Numbered from the stretch's first letter, positions 12,764 through 26,720 are shown. The stretch: 64,000 nucleotides of DNA from Octopus bimaculoides (GCF_001194135.2 NC_068989.1:417824-481823), one strand, 5' to 3'. Notes: generated from the letters alone by a model not told the origin. Numbers and translations are program-made.

Positions 12764-13332
12764 CTGATTAAGTTGACTATGTAGCAATCAAGTGAGTGTT
12801 CCCAACTGAAAGTAATGTTATTACCAGTGTCAACGTATGCAGTCACAGTTACAGATTCATCCAGTGAGACAACTCGTGAAGAATTTGTTTCAATTCGGAA
12901 ACCAGTAATGGCTTCATCAATCATTACAGTGGTTTTACGTTTAATACTTGACACATGATTGTAAACAATCATTTCAAGTTCGTATTGTCCAGGAACAGTA
13001 TATAAATAGTTCATGGTGATATCATGCTCTGATGTCTCGGTATGTTCAGTAGATTCAATGAAATTATAGTATGGCATCTGTAGCAAATCATCAAATATAA
13101 ACGTTCTTTCTTCGCCATCTCCAAAACTAACGTTAACTGATATAAACATGCCAGCATACACGTAGAAAGTAATCGGCACCGATTTATTAGCAATACCATA
13201 AATGGTGTACAAGTCAACTTTTAACACTGGACAAGATGACTCCACAATCATGAAGGCATTTTGTTGGCTGATACTGTTTTTAGCAAAGACAGATATATTA
13301 TAGTAGCTAGGCATAGAGAGGTGGAAAGAAAG
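12764..13332 (-). CDS. PKD1-like exon 7 (LSFHLSMPSYYNISV...VSFGDGEE...FSWEHSLDCYIVNLI)
   Basis: ttgtattttcag acceptor, AG|gtaaag donor, 569 nt, phase 0-2; FGDG and YTVPGQYELEMIVYNHVSS motifs. Confidence 0.95.
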
Positions 13333-14050
13333 CTGAAAATACAAAATTTCATTTAATTTTACTGGTAATATAGGTAGATACATACTTTTTACATGCACAC
13401 ACACATACTGCAAAACAAACAACTGCAGGTATTACAATTACACACCAATTTAATATTCGTAAATGTTTGGAAACCAAGAGAGAGTGGAGCAAAATAAAAC
13501 AGTTGCTGCTGACCACTAGGTGTGGCACTTTGCCAATTGAGGATGAGAGAGAGAGAGTATCATTGACCAGCACTCAGACAACTTTGAAGATCTTAATGAG
13601 GGTGTTGCTGAGCTTCCTGAGCCAGGTGATGTTGACCAGCAAGGGTTGGGCATCAAGTAGGCATGCTGTCTCATCTGAGCATATGGTGGATGACCACTGC
13701 TACTGCACGGAGATAGCAGCTGCTGTTAACTCCATGTTAAGGGTCATCATGTCAGGCCAGTGCAAGAGAGAGAGAGAGAATGGAAACAAGCACACCCTGA
13801 ACAGTTTCAGCCTCTCTTGCACTTACTGGTGCTGGCATACGTGCTGCAGGTAGCTTTTCCTCACCTGTAGCCAGCTTAAACCGATATAATATACTTTTGT
13901 TTATAGTAGAATCATTCATTGGAACTAATGAAGGATACCTACAATGGCTATTTTAAATATTCACAAACCTATTCTTTTATATTAGATGAAAAGAGGACAA
14001 AAATATTTTGACATAAAATTGATTTACTCCTTATAAAATACTGAACTTAC

Positions 14051-14165
14051 TTTTGGCTCACTGGAAGTAACGAGTGCTGATTCAATGTCATATTCTAAGC
14101 TTGTGACATTCCAGTGAAATAAATTATATGGGTTACCTCTAAAGACAACCGCCCATGTGGAATTC
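14051..14165 (-). CDS. PKD1-like exon 6 (NSTWAVVFRGNPYNLFHWNVTSLEYDIESALVTSSEPK)
   Basis: tttttcttggcag acceptor, AAA|gtaagt donor, 115 nt, phase 2-0; not in the ORF track. Confidence 0.88.
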
Positions 14166-14397
14166 CTGCCAAGAAAAAGAAGTTCAGTTTTAGATAAATA
14201 CATCTAAAAATTGATATACAAAGCACACTCCACAACAACGATGATGATGATGATGATGATAGTAACAATCCTGTCTACAATAGGCACAAGTGTGGTGGGA
14301 CCAATCAATTCCATTGGCCCCCAATGTTCAACTGGTAGTTATTTCATTGACCCCGAAAGTTTGAAGATCAAAGTCAACCTCAGCAGAATTTGAACTC

Positions 14398-14400
<3 letters not shown>

Positions 14401-14480
<80 letters not shown>
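14401..14480. repeat. (GAT)n microsatellite. Other long arrays include (TA)n(GA)n 15228-15320, (TG)n 16012-16063, (AC)n 16682-16733, (TAC)n 18084-18126, (AAT)n 24599-24660 and (AAT)/(GAT)n 43024-43168
   Basis: Direct reading. Confidence 0.95.
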
Positions 14481-14482
<2 letters not shown>

Positions 14483-14719
14483 CAAATTTTAGCATGGGGC
14501 CAGCAATCTCAAGAGAGAGGGTAAGTTTGTATACATGTACTCATATTTTGGGTTCTATTTTTCCTGTTTGCACCAACAAACCTGTATGTGTATATATAGA
14601 TATTTGGGACGAGGTTTTGAAGGTCAATCTCAAAGAGCTGAACCTTATGAAGGAGATGACAGGAGATTGCATGGCACATTGCTGTACCTGGGAAGACCTG
14701 CTTACCGCAACGGAATTGA

Positions 14720-14928
14720 GATCCACGGTGTCACATAAAAAGTTTTGGTAAGGATCTGGTGCCACATAAAAAGCACCCAGTTCACTCTGTGAAGGGGTTG
14801 GCATAAGGAAGGAATCTAGCCATAGAAACCAAGCCAAAAAGAGTATGGAACCTGGTGCAGCCCGTGGCCTGAATGCTCCATGTCAAGCCATCCAACCCAT
14901 GCCAGCACAGAAAACAGATGTTAAACAG
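14720..14928 (+). mobile_element. RTE 3' tail copy
   Basis: gtgccacataaaaagcaccc...ccatccaacccatgccagc. Confidence 0.75.
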
Positions 14929-14944
14929 TGGTTTCAGTGAGACT

Positions 14945-15137
14945 CAGTGTGATACCGAATGTGACAAGGCCCTGGCCCATTTTGAAATACAGGTACTACT
15001 CATTTTTGCCAGTTGGGTGGACTGGAGCAACGAGGAATAAAGTGTCTTGCTCAAGGACACGACACCTCACTGGTTTTCAAACTCATGACCTTACGACAGA
15101 GTGTGCCAAATAGCCTAACACTAAACCATGTGCCTTC
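14945..15137 (-). mobile_element. SINE family C (tRNA head plus gtgtccttgagcaagacacttt core)
   Basis: A/B-box head and the conserved core motif seen in many metazoan SINEs. Confidence 0.7.
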
Positions 15138-15208
15138 ACACATATGCACACACATATATATACATATGTATATATATACACAAATATAGACTCTCTGTCT
15201 CTGTCTCT

Positions 15209-15321
<113 letters not shown>

Positions 15322-15679
15322 GGTTTTTGGGAAGGTAAAAGTTATGGCCAGTCATAGAGTGACCATTTGTTTCACCCCTATAAGGCACTGAGCTGTATAT
15401 GCAACTCATCAGATTGAAATGGCCGAAGGCAGACAACGAAGATTACGTGACGATCAGTTTTGCCAAAAAAAGAGATTTGTCCCTGCAGGCGGAATGCGGT
15501 TATCTCCCTTACATCAGCTCCATTCCTAGATGCGCTGGGCGTATTCAACGAAGACCAATGAAATCATTACATGGTTTAAAACCAACCAGGGTAGAGGTAG
15601 CACAAGGTTCACCCAATTCAATATAGTCGACCTTCACATTTCCTATATGCTGGGACCTGACACATACAACAAGTAGCAC

Positions 15680-16010
15680 CATAATGTTGCTTGCTTTACC
15701 CCACAACCTTCTTTCTCAAAGTTAAAACTTGTGTGGGAAGAGTTTTCTGTAGATTGGTGGACAAACACTTTGCACATTACACAGATACAAATGGTTGTTT
15801 AATAGGCACAAGTTAAGGGTCTCCTTCAGTTGTGCACCCAACATTAGGAAGCAGAAATAGCATGGTCATGATGGTCATGCAGGATAGACAGAGCAGCCAG
15901 TCAAGCCTCCACTTCTGCAAATACTCTAACAAGGACTGGGAGTTGTTGGTTAGATTTTCTGACTGAAGCTGAAAGTTCTGGTAGAGCAGCCGCTACTTCT
16001 TACCATAACA
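15680..16010 (+). mobile_element. Penelope-like element remnant (region C-terminal to the RT)
   Basis: Frameshifted HNVACFTP / KVKTCVGRVFCRLVDKHF / HRYKWLFNRHKLRVSFSCAPNI, matching the PLE pattern WFNPP..VKTNIGRxF..LIDKHF..IFNRNTVKVSYSCxPN. Confidence 0.7.
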
Positions 16011-16066
<56 letters not shown>

Positions 16067-16678
16067 CAAATATATTATATATACATATATATATGCATAT
16101 ATACACACACACTATATGTGCATGTGTGTGTCAGTGCATGCATGCAAACACAAACTCACACTATATGCACACATACACACAGGTCTAGCAGCACTCACAC
16201 TCCACTTCACTCACAAACATATATATATACACACACATTGCCAATGCAGAACTTGATGTGCAGGTCTTTCCTGTTCCTGAATTCAAGCAGACATTTTAAA
16301 CTGGTTTATATAATGAGATTAAAGTAAGTGTTAATAAAATATCCTGTAATTTATAAGGATCAGTTCAGTCACGATAATTATTGATATTGTGCCTACCACA
16401 AAGCCCCTTGGGTAAGAAAGGGTTATAATTTAGATGGTTGATAAAAGGTTTATGTTTCACAGAGCAACACCTAATTTCCATTGGTGGAGTCTCTTAGGTA
16501 TTCCTAAAAGATTAGCCATCTGTTAATGGGAGCATTTAGCAAGTGAGTTGTCAAGCAAATGGTGAGATGTTCTGTAACAATTCCATTCCAGACCACTGAT
16601 ATACTGATAGCCATAATAGTTAGCCTAATTAGATATGCGAGCGCACACACTAATGTTTTGTTAAAGTGTGAATATTAT

Positions 16679-16735
<57 letters not shown>

Positions 16736-18082
16736 GAAATATAAATGCTATATGGCGTCACTATTTAATACAGCTTTAATTGCAAAAGGTGCTTGCTACC
16801 ATAGCAACAGCACCAACAACAACAGGAGTATTGTTACTGTTGTCGTCATCATCAAATAAAGGTTTTAACCATTTAATGGTGAAGGAAATTAAAAGTACGA
16901 TCTCTGGAGCTAGTAAATGTTCCAAAAATATCTAATGCTCTAAAACCGACAAATGAAAGAATATATTATTTATGCTCTAAGTATCCAAGGGACAAACAAA
17001 GAAAATCAAAGAAAAACTTAAAACACGTTACTCAAATCCTTTTCAAAATGACAGGTTAAGGCACAAACTGTAGGATTAGGGTTTTAAAGAGAAAAACCCA
17101 GAATAAACAACATTTCAAGTGAAAACATTTGAGTTCATGGACACAAAAACATGTTACCATTTCTTCTCTTTTAGCTAAAAGCAGTTCTATCAGTTTTGTT
17201 TGTTTAAAATCTAGAACAGCTACATCATCATCATCATCATCATTGTTTACATTGGATATAAATAGAATTACAATGAGCACTTGGTAATGGCTGTTATCCT
17301 CCTGAACTTGTAAACCAGAGATTTCATTGAATTTACATCAGTTTCTTAGATTGGCTTTCTGCCCAAATTCCAGGTGCTTGGCAACGGTTGATATGACAGG
17401 GAGCAGTCAGTTTCTATTTGCTTTCAGATTGCCAATAATACTGATCGGTTTTGAATTGGAGCCAAATTTTGTATCAAGATGTTTTGCATCAGAAGTCTAA
17501 ATTTAGTGACAGTTTTCATGTAACACTATCATCCAATACTGAAGAGGAGAAGAATCGAATCAGCTTACTTTTCTTTCTCGTTTTGGTTAGTTGCCTTTCG
17601 AATCATTTGTTATTGTAAAAATAACTTTGAAAACATTTTAAAATTATTATCACTGACCCCTTTCTTATTCATGCATGACTCAGATTCAAATGATCCCAAA
17701 ATGAAGAAAACAAACTCGCTTTACTATTATTAATGATATCATTTAATAATCATTAATATTATGAAATAACAGGAAGCAGAATAAATAGCCTGTAAGGTTA
17801 AAAGTGTTAAGCCTAACCAGAAACTTTGGATTGAGGCAGGGCTATATAAGACAAACTACCATTTGGTTTCAATTTGGCTGAATAAAATTTCTAATTTTAA
17901 TTCCTCTTTAAGTAGGACATAAGCGCAATAATCATGAAAATAACTGTTCCAACAATAATGGTTTGTCCATTACATCAACCCCAGTGCTCAAGTGGTCCTT
18001 ATTTTATTGGCCCAAAAGAATGAAAGGAGGAAGAGGACGATGACGACAGCAGCAACAATGGCAGCAGATGCTGCTGCTGCTG

Positions 18083-18127
<45 letters not shown>

Positions 18128-18415
18128 AAGCAAAGTAATATTTGCAGAAAAATCTGCCAAGAAGTTGTCCCATTTTTTTGGCACATGCTGCCTGCTACTG
18201 TCACAATGTAAAATCCTCTAAAATAATCAGTTAAATATTTCATTAGAACAATTCTGTTTTAAAATGATAAAATGTGCAGTGCTGGGGTTGTGATGGCTGA
18301 GGGAGAAACTGTGGGGGCCATGATAAAAGGTGTGAACAGTACGGTGGTGGTGGTGGGTATCAGAGCAGGTTATGAAAGGATATTTAAAAACAATTCAATG
18401 ATTTGCAGGCTGTGA

Positions 18416-18456
18416 GAAGTAAAGAAGTAAAGAAGTAAAGAAGTAAAGAAGTAAAG
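18416..18456. repeat. (GAAGTAAA)5 octamer array
   Basis: Direct reading. Confidence 0.9.
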
Positions 18457-19369
18457 TGTTTCAAGTTACCAAAAGTTGTTAGAATCGTTGGGTTGCACTG
18501 TTTGATAAACTCAAACTACCCAACTAAAAATATAGTCTTTTGTGATGAGAGTTTGGTATAAAAAAGACAGAGATGTGAAAATATCTGCTTGAATAAGTCA
18601 TGTAACTGAACAAATGTAGAGAAGCAACAAGTTCAACTCGTTGTTGTTTAGCCGCGAGATCTAATAAGCAGTTTCTGATCAAACGTATTTTAGCCATGAT
18701 TGTTTCTTCTCTTGACAGATATGACATACATGAAGTACATTATTCAGCAGCTATTTCTTGCAGATCAAGCAGCCACACAATGACCTCCTTGTAGACAAAC
18801 AAACCAGCTAGTATAAAAAATAAATGTGAAACTTCAAAATGTATTTGAAAATAATGAGTTCTGTTAAGAAGCTTTGCTATTCTCTTGCCTGAAGTCTACA
18901 ATAAATGTTGAAGTGTAGTGAAGAAGTATGCCTTGCTTATTGCAAATATTAATGACCTTAGCTTTGGATATGTGACATCACAGTAAAGGATACTAAGAGG
19001 ATCGTATCTAGACATTCTGTTAGCTACCAACACCATTACTGCAAATAGTAGAACATCTATTATTAAGATACTGCAAGCTATCTCTATAGAAGCACTCAAT
19101 AAGCTCAATGTAGTAAACAGACCAAACAAATTTCTGTTGCATCTTAAATACATGAGCCATTTGAATCCTATATACATCTGGAGAGTGTATAAATGAACTT
19201 TCAATAAGTGATTTGATGTAGGAATAAGCAAGGTTATTGAAAAGTAACAGCAAATCTGTGAATTTCAAAAGTTAATCCCTTGAAGAGTGCTGATGAAGAA
19301 TTAATAAGATGGATGTTTGAATTAATTTGACATTGACTTTCATATTATTATTGGTGAATGCTTTATTAT

Positions 19370-20330
19370 TGTACACCAGAAGAGAACTTGGAAGAGATTT
19401 ACTGCAATGCAACCAAACTCTTTTCAAAACAAATTTTCAAACTCCTTCAACGAAAAAAAGCTCACACAAAGACAAACCTACAAAATACATGCCATGCACC
19501 TTCCATCAAAAGCAACAATTGCACTTTTACTAACAACTTCAATTCCTCACAGTGACACTATAAAATCACACCAGCAAAACTTATAACAATTCCAAAACAA
19601 ATATCTGACCAAAATAGCATTACAGATCCATCTCACCACTAGAAAATAAAACAAAAGAAAAACCCCAGAAAATTTCATCTTTGTCAGCACACTTACATAC
19701 TTCACTTTCCAAATCTATTCAACTATTCACTGACATTACACAAATTCTTTATGATGACTTCAATAAAAGGAAAAGAAATCTTAAACGACACCATCCGAAC
19801 TGCCACAACCACTAAAAGCAAAATACTTAACATGTCCCAGGGAAACAACCCAAACTGTCAGCTAACTGTCCGGTCAGCAAGTATATCTAGTTTGATGACA
19901 ACACCACTGAAACGTGTGCCACAAGTAACCATTCTCTCAGCCATTCTTTTTGATTCGGATTTTTACAATGTGCCTACAACTGCACTATGCAGAAACAGGA
20001 TCTTATGCAAATGACACTACTATCATATGCTCTCCCAACACTTGTCAGGTGTAGCAGCAGCACAACAACTCCAGCCCAAGATCAGCTAACTCCAAACAAC
20101 AGACTTAAGTAGCACCTGTCAAAACAGCCACCTCTTTTCTTAACAGCAACACCAAAGAATATCACTTCTAGATATTTCAAACCATTACAAACCACACACA
20201 CCCAGGGGAGAGACAGAAATACTAGTATTATACAGAAGTTACAGACAACGCAAAAAGAAAATTGCATAGTATACTCACAGGTACAAGAGAAAAAAAATAC
20301 TAAAAATATATTAAGATTCACCATGGATTA
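19370..20330 (+). mobile_element. Heavily decayed LINE reverse transcriptase (Jockey/L2-like)
   Basis: LKRVPQVTILSAILF resembles GVPQGxILSPILF; YANDTT resembles YADDT. Confidence 0.5.
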
Positions 20331-21495
20331 TAAACAGCTTTATCTGGCTGCCTAGTTCACAGGATCGAATGGGTTTGAGTAGCACATCATGTTCCAATAT
20401 TTGCTTTGGATGTCCTTCTTAAAATCAACCACTTTACAGAGTGTATTGGATGTTTTCTTCTCCATGGCACCAACATTAATGGGGTTACTATGGAGCTCAA
20501 AAGACTAAGATCCTTTTGAATGAAGTGGGGCTAAAGAAGAGGTGGAAGTGGCTTTATGCTCGGAGATGAGAGGATTAAAATATGAAAAAAATGGACCGGA
20601 ACTGAACAGGTTTCTAGCTTCAGAGTTTAGCTCAAGAAGACAATCCTGCAGTCAAACATAGCTTATAATTTCCATAAATAACATGACTCTCAGAACCCTT
20701 TAATCCATTCTAGCATAGCCAAGTGGATGTTAGTGTTAGGGGTGACAAGTCAAGAGTTGTCAACTGACTAAAAGAAAATATCTCAGTGGAGCATTCTGAA
20801 CACTACAAATACTTACTGTAGGGGACTACGTATGAAATGTAGTGGAGTGAAGAACTTTGATTGTTAATCAAGGTTATCTCAGTAATTAGTAAACAAAAAG
20901 TTATAATTTAAAAACTACAAACAAGAGAGATAACTCCAATTAAAATCAACTGATCAAAATATAGACAATGGATCTGGTGTTTGAAACAAAACTTAAGAGA
21001 ATTAAGAATTAGAACATTTAACCAAAGAGCTGTTGTTTATATCCAGATAAAAAATTTGGCCTGCTGATTTCAGATCCGTCCTCTTCAGGTAAGATAATCA
21101 CAACAATTAGTTTCATATTTAACAAGCCTACTAAATAGAGTCTCCAACCATTTACAGCATGCTTGTCTCTGTTATTAAATAAATATCTGAAATGTTTTAC
21201 AATAAAGTTTCTTCCTATAATGATATACATTTTAGTTTTCAGAGTGAACATTCTGTTCTTCTAAAAGAACAGCAGCAGCGTTCAAAAATGAATTGAATAA
21301 AAGGAGTTGAACTATTTAAGCAAAATAAAATGATTTGTAATCCTTAGGCTTAGATTGAATTCCAGAAGGTTGTGAATTTATGATTCTTTCAATTTGCTTT
21401 TTGAAAATGTTGTCTTTCAAAAAAATGAGACAGTGAAACAAAAAATGAAGATCATTCCAGACCTGAAAAAGAGGAGAAATTAAAAGAAAACTTAC

Positions 21496-21654
21496 TTAAG
21501 CAGATTAACATGTACGGGACCATGAAGTGCAAGACCTTTTATAGGTTCATCAACATATATGGCCCCCTTCAGATAAAGGATTTCTGATGAAGAATTTACA
21601 GCAAGCTGTACAGAGACTTCAATTAATCCGTTTCTCTGAAATATATGTGTCCAG
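21496..21654 (-). CDS. PKD1-like exon 5 (WTHIFQRNGLIEVSVQ...YVDEPIKGLALHGPVHVNLL)
   Basis: ttctctttctag acceptor, AA|gtaagt donor, 159 nt, phase 2-2; V-x-E-P-I-x-G-L linker between PKD repeats. Confidence 0.92.
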
Positions 21655-22874
21655 CTAGAAAGAGAAAAAAACAATATGAAATTACAAGTAGAATTTAAAT
21701 GCACAACAGAAAAATATCATTTATATTTGTAATCATTAGCCTCTTTACTTCTGTTTATATCTGATTGATAAAGAACAGCAAGTAAATCTGAATGAAAATG
21801 TTGGTCTGACTGCTTTCCCCACCATGAACACCAACAAATAGCATAATTTCAGTCAGTCCCAGGTCATATAAGTGTACAGTTGATCAATGTCACAACTAAA
21901 ATGCATTTACTTTCCAACTGATTCGCAAAACATAAAACCCACAACATACGCAAAAACAAATCATTAAAATATTTCACAAATTTCTTTCATATCTAAAATT
22001 GTGACATGAGAAATACAAATTCTCAGGAACATTCACTTGCTCAAGAAATAACTGTACAGGAGAAACAATCTATGCAATGGTTAGGCATCAACATTTCATA
22101 AACTGATACTTCAACTAATCTTTAAAATTAGGTGTGTGTGTGTGTGTGTGTGTGTGAGTGCATGCATGCATGTGTATATGTGCACTCAAAAATATAAGCT
22201 GTTTAATTCATTGCTGCAACATTTTGGTCATGAAACTGTCTGACTGCTCTATAAACATAAACTTGTAGTTTTATTTAAATCCATGTTATTCTCGCATGTA
22301 TCCCAGTCTTAATACACTTTATGGAACAGATTCTTAAAGGATGGTTTGATTTGATTTGCATTAACAAAGAAAAGTGGATATTTGTGTATGTATGCACGCA
22401 CACACACACACACAAACTCTTTTATAAAAGACAAATTGAAAAAATTAACATAAATGTTAAACAGTTAAATGAGAAGCTCAAAGAATATTGTAAAACTATG
22501 GATGTTGGGATTGTGATGTTGATGAAAATGTTAATAATATCACCAATGCTGAAAACTGTGTGGCTACAGCCTTATGCACCATCTTATTAATGCCCACTTG
22601 AATAGAAAATCCAGCTCTGGAGTGACAGTGCATAGAACTATTTAAATAAACCAAATTAGGCATGGGTTTGGGTGAAACAGGATGGAGATGGTATGTAACG
22701 AGTCTATTCACAGAAAAGGCCATTGACAGTAGGTTATAAGCAGATGCTTTTCCTTTCGTTAATCACCAGCAGAATATTACAATTAATAGCCATTTGATGA
22801 TTATTCAGAAATTAAACCTATTTTCACTTTTAAATTCTTTTCACCCTGCATCAAAAACTATTTTTCTCCCATTT

Positions 22875-23060
22875 ATCACCATCACCAAATGTCTGTTTTC
22901 GATGCTAGCATGGGTTGGATGGTTTGACAAGGAACTAGCAAGCTGCAGAGCTGCATCAAGCTCCAATGTCATCTTTGGCATGGTTTCTATGGCTAGACGC
23001 CTACCCTAATGCCAACCACCTCACAAGAGAGTACTATGGGCTTTTAGACATGCCACCAAA
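22875..23060 (-). mobile_element. RTE 3' tail copy
   Basis: Reverse-complement match to the same tail (gcatgggttggatggtttgac). Confidence 0.7.
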
Positions 23061-24021
23061 TACTAGCAAGATTGCCATTTAGCTTACAAGACAGAAATGC
23101 AATCACTTCCTCACTCAAATATGGATACATTATAATATTTCCACACACAAAATATTTTGGTAAAGTAACATTAACATAATACAAAGAATTCTTTAAAATC
23201 AGTTTTCGAAACTTGTTTGAATAAATCAAAAGTAACAAACTTTGAATATCACCAAAAGATGTAAATATATTTTTATTTAATAAGTGAGTGTTCTTTAAGG
23301 TTTCCATGGAACAAAACATACATTATGTGAGGTACGCAACAACTCTAAAGAGGGTGATGATGATGATGATGAGGATGATGATGATGATGATGATGATGGA
23401 GAATATGTTGGTACAGAATACTTAAAACCGGAAAAGTGTAAAAACATAAACAAAATGTAAATGAAAAGATGGTGATAAGTGTAGAGCAGCAGATCTATGT
23501 GAAATAAAGTAAAAAAAAAGAGAGAGGGAAACATATCGACAGAATGTAGACTGAAATATAAAAATATCTTTATAAATGTGTGAGAAGAATCTGAATAGAT
23601 TGAATAGGAAGAATATGGGCAGAGATGTGGCAAGAAGACAAAAAGGTGAGCTAGTATGGCAAAGGGGTGGAATGGGCCAGAAGCTAGACTGGTAAATGGA
23701 CAGGAAACAAAATAATCAGCAAAATTGGCAGCAGAATATAGATGTGCTATATTTAAAAAAACAGAAACTGCAAAATTATTCACTTGTTCTGCCTTAAGTT
23801 ATATAAAATTTGGAGAATAATAATATTGATTTTTCTTCTGCTTTTTTTTTTTTTTTTCTGTAGGTACAAGGCCTTATTACACCTATAAGGGCAGGGAATG
23901 AAGTTTTGCAATGCCTTTCTAATAATGGTTAGCAAATAATTTTAACCACAACCAAAAATCAGAATCTAAAGATTAACTGTCAGGGGTCAACATTTTATTA
24001 CACTTGCATTAACAATAATTC

Positions 24022-24200
24022 TTATTAAATTTGACACAAGGCCTGCAATTTTGAGAAGAGGAGGCAAGTCTGTGATATTAAACCCCCAATACTTGACTGG
24101 TACTCTATTTTATTGAACCTGAAAAGATGAAAGGCGAAGTTGACCCCAGTAGAATTTTGACACAGACGGCATAGAGCCAGAAGGAATGCTGCTAAGTCCA
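24022..24200 (-). mobile_element. SINE family A copy; further partial copies at about 14285-14399, 26140-26320, 47390-47500 and 59308-59715
   Basis: ttgacacaaggcc...gactggtact...gatgaaaggc motifs. Confidence 0.7.
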
Positions 24201-24597
24201 AAATACTAAAGAGTCTGGCAGATTCTTTCTTTTCTTTTTTTTCTTTTGTTTTAAAGAGGTCCCAAACAAAGTGAGAAGCCATTTATTATAAAGAATTATA
24301 ACGAAAGAAGAAATCAAGAGAAAATGAATGAATTTACTTTAGACTTGAAAGATTTCATGTCATAAGAAGGAGAAAAACAATGAGATGGAAGAGAGTGCCA
24401 AAGTCTGGCAGTTTGAGGGGAAAAGCTACAATTGTAGAAAGATTTCATTATTTGTGGATGCACATTATTTGGATGAAGATGGTGTGAGTGAGGTGAGATG
24501 GCACAAAGTGATCTGGAACTAAGAGAGAAAGTTCACCAGAGTACTTCCAGGGACAAAATAATGATAGAAAAGACATGCTGCTTTAATTATGATAGTG

Positions 24598-24661
<64 letters not shown>

Positions 24662-26522
24662 AAAATCTCACAAAATGGAAGTGTTTTCTACATGGATAGC
24701 CAACCTGAAATTAGCAAATCACTTGACTCAAGATAAAGCTTCTAGTCTAAACATTAATTAGAAAAAGAAGTGGGTTTCACTGGAAGCAAAAAAAAAACTG
24801 AAGAGAACAAAGATGGCCAAGAGAATATATTTGTCTCTAACTACAAAAGTAAAATAGCTTTGGTTAAGAAAGAGGCATCTAGCATGAGAACAACTTTCTC
24901 AGTAGATAATGGAAGAGATTTCCCAGTAAGACACAGCAGATCTATATAACCTGCATCAACTTAAAGAAACAAAAACAATTTATAAAAAAGATAGCAAAGT
25001 GGTGAAGATGGAGATAGATGGGTTTATTAATGATAGCATCAGGACTATTTCATTTAAGGTATATTTACATAGATAAGTATGCCAGGTTATAACTTGCATC
25101 ATATCAATATCATGGGTTTATAAAGATTATTTCTAAGTCAGCTACAGCATAGGGAAACTTCAAAGAAAAGATATCCTTAGCTGAGAAATAAGACTGAAAA
25201 ATAATATCAATTTGGTAGAATAAAAAATAAACATTAGAAATGTGGAAAACAAAAGCCATTCATTACAAATTATCTGAAATCAGGAAGATTTTTTAAGCTC
25301 TTTCTATAGTTTTAAATAATTTCCATTTTGTCCTATTACAACTAAATTCTATTAAAAATTAAATTGAAATGGTTGTGTGTGTGTGTTCATAGGATCAATA
25401 AACTAAAATGACCTTTCCTTCAAATATAAAGTCAGACAATTGCCAACACAAAGTAAAACAAAATATACACTCTTTTATCTCTTCGATAAATATTATTTTT
25501 ATATCTTTTATATTCATTATATTTTCTTTCTTTCATTACTATAATATTCTCATTGGTATATTAATACAATTTAATCAGTTTTTTTTCTTCCAGTCTAATT
25601 AATTACTATGTTTATTCCTGTGTATTCAATTGCCTAGTAAATTCTCAGTAAAAGAAAAAAAATCCAATAAAACAAAATGTATTTCAGATGTTATCTTGCT
25701 CCCAGACTCGGTTTGTCAGAGCAATTTTAAAAGCAAGACTTCATAATGAGAAAGCTTAATAACTTGCAGAAACAGTGATTTAACCATATTCAGAATCGTT
25801 ATTTTTTAGTAATGAAAAGTCACCGTTACTAAGGGCATTTATTACTATTTATTATTATTTCTATCCATTTTTCACATGTTAATGATATTAAATGGAATGG
25901 ATTTCATATAGTTGCAGGGATTGTTTACATAGCAAATATTCCTCTTTGTATTGTTAACAATTTATATATTCATCATCATCAGATTATATTCACAAATGAA
26001 AATAACAATGTCATGTTTAAAGTATTCACTTTGAACTTGAAAACAAAAAGAAAATAGATTAAGCAATAATTGTTGTTATTTATAGAATAATGATTGCTAT
26101 TAACTTCATTCAATAAAGTTTATTCAACTAATATTGATTTCTAGCATTGGCAAACAACCACCAATTTGGAAAGGAAGGATATAGCTATTTCACTAAATCT
26201 CAGAACTTGTTTTATTAACCCCAGAAAGATGAGAATCAGGGTCAACCCCTAAAGATTTTAAACTAAGAATGTTAAAGTCTAGAATAAAACATTGGTTTTC
26301 TATCATTTCTACCCAACCAGCTTCATGGCTAAAATGAACGGGAATTAACTGGATTTCAAAAACCAAAGAAAAACTACTCTCTATAACTTCGTCTGTAAAT
26401 CATATTTTGAATTGGATATTTTTCTAGTTGAAAGGCTTTCCTTACATTTTGAGGGTCAATGTCCTTCCATAGGGATAGTCACATGGAGATACACAATCAG
26501 AAGTGTCTGTGTGTGTGTGTGT

Positions 26523-26720
26523 AGGCACAGGTGTGGCTATATGGTAAGAAGATTACTTCCCAACCACATGGTACCAGGTTCAGTTCTGCTCCATAGTACC
26601 TTGGACAGGTGCCTTTTATTATAGTCCTGGGCCAACCAAATCTTTGAAAATAAACTTGGCAGATGGAAATTGAAAGAAGTCTGTTGTATGTATGTATGTA
26701 TGTATGTATATATATAATGT

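Noticed and set aside
14401-14751. Low-complexity ORFs across the window (poly-M, YI, CV, HT, GWLV and similar)
   Set aside because: They are translations of microsatellites
18896-19268. Two overlapping minus-strand ORFs (111 and 82 aa)
   Set aside because: No recognisable motif or phase-compatible splice pair; exon 5 joins exon 6 without them
24400-25260. Faint LINE-like peptide traces around an (AAT)n run
   Set aside because: Too decayed to assign a family by eye
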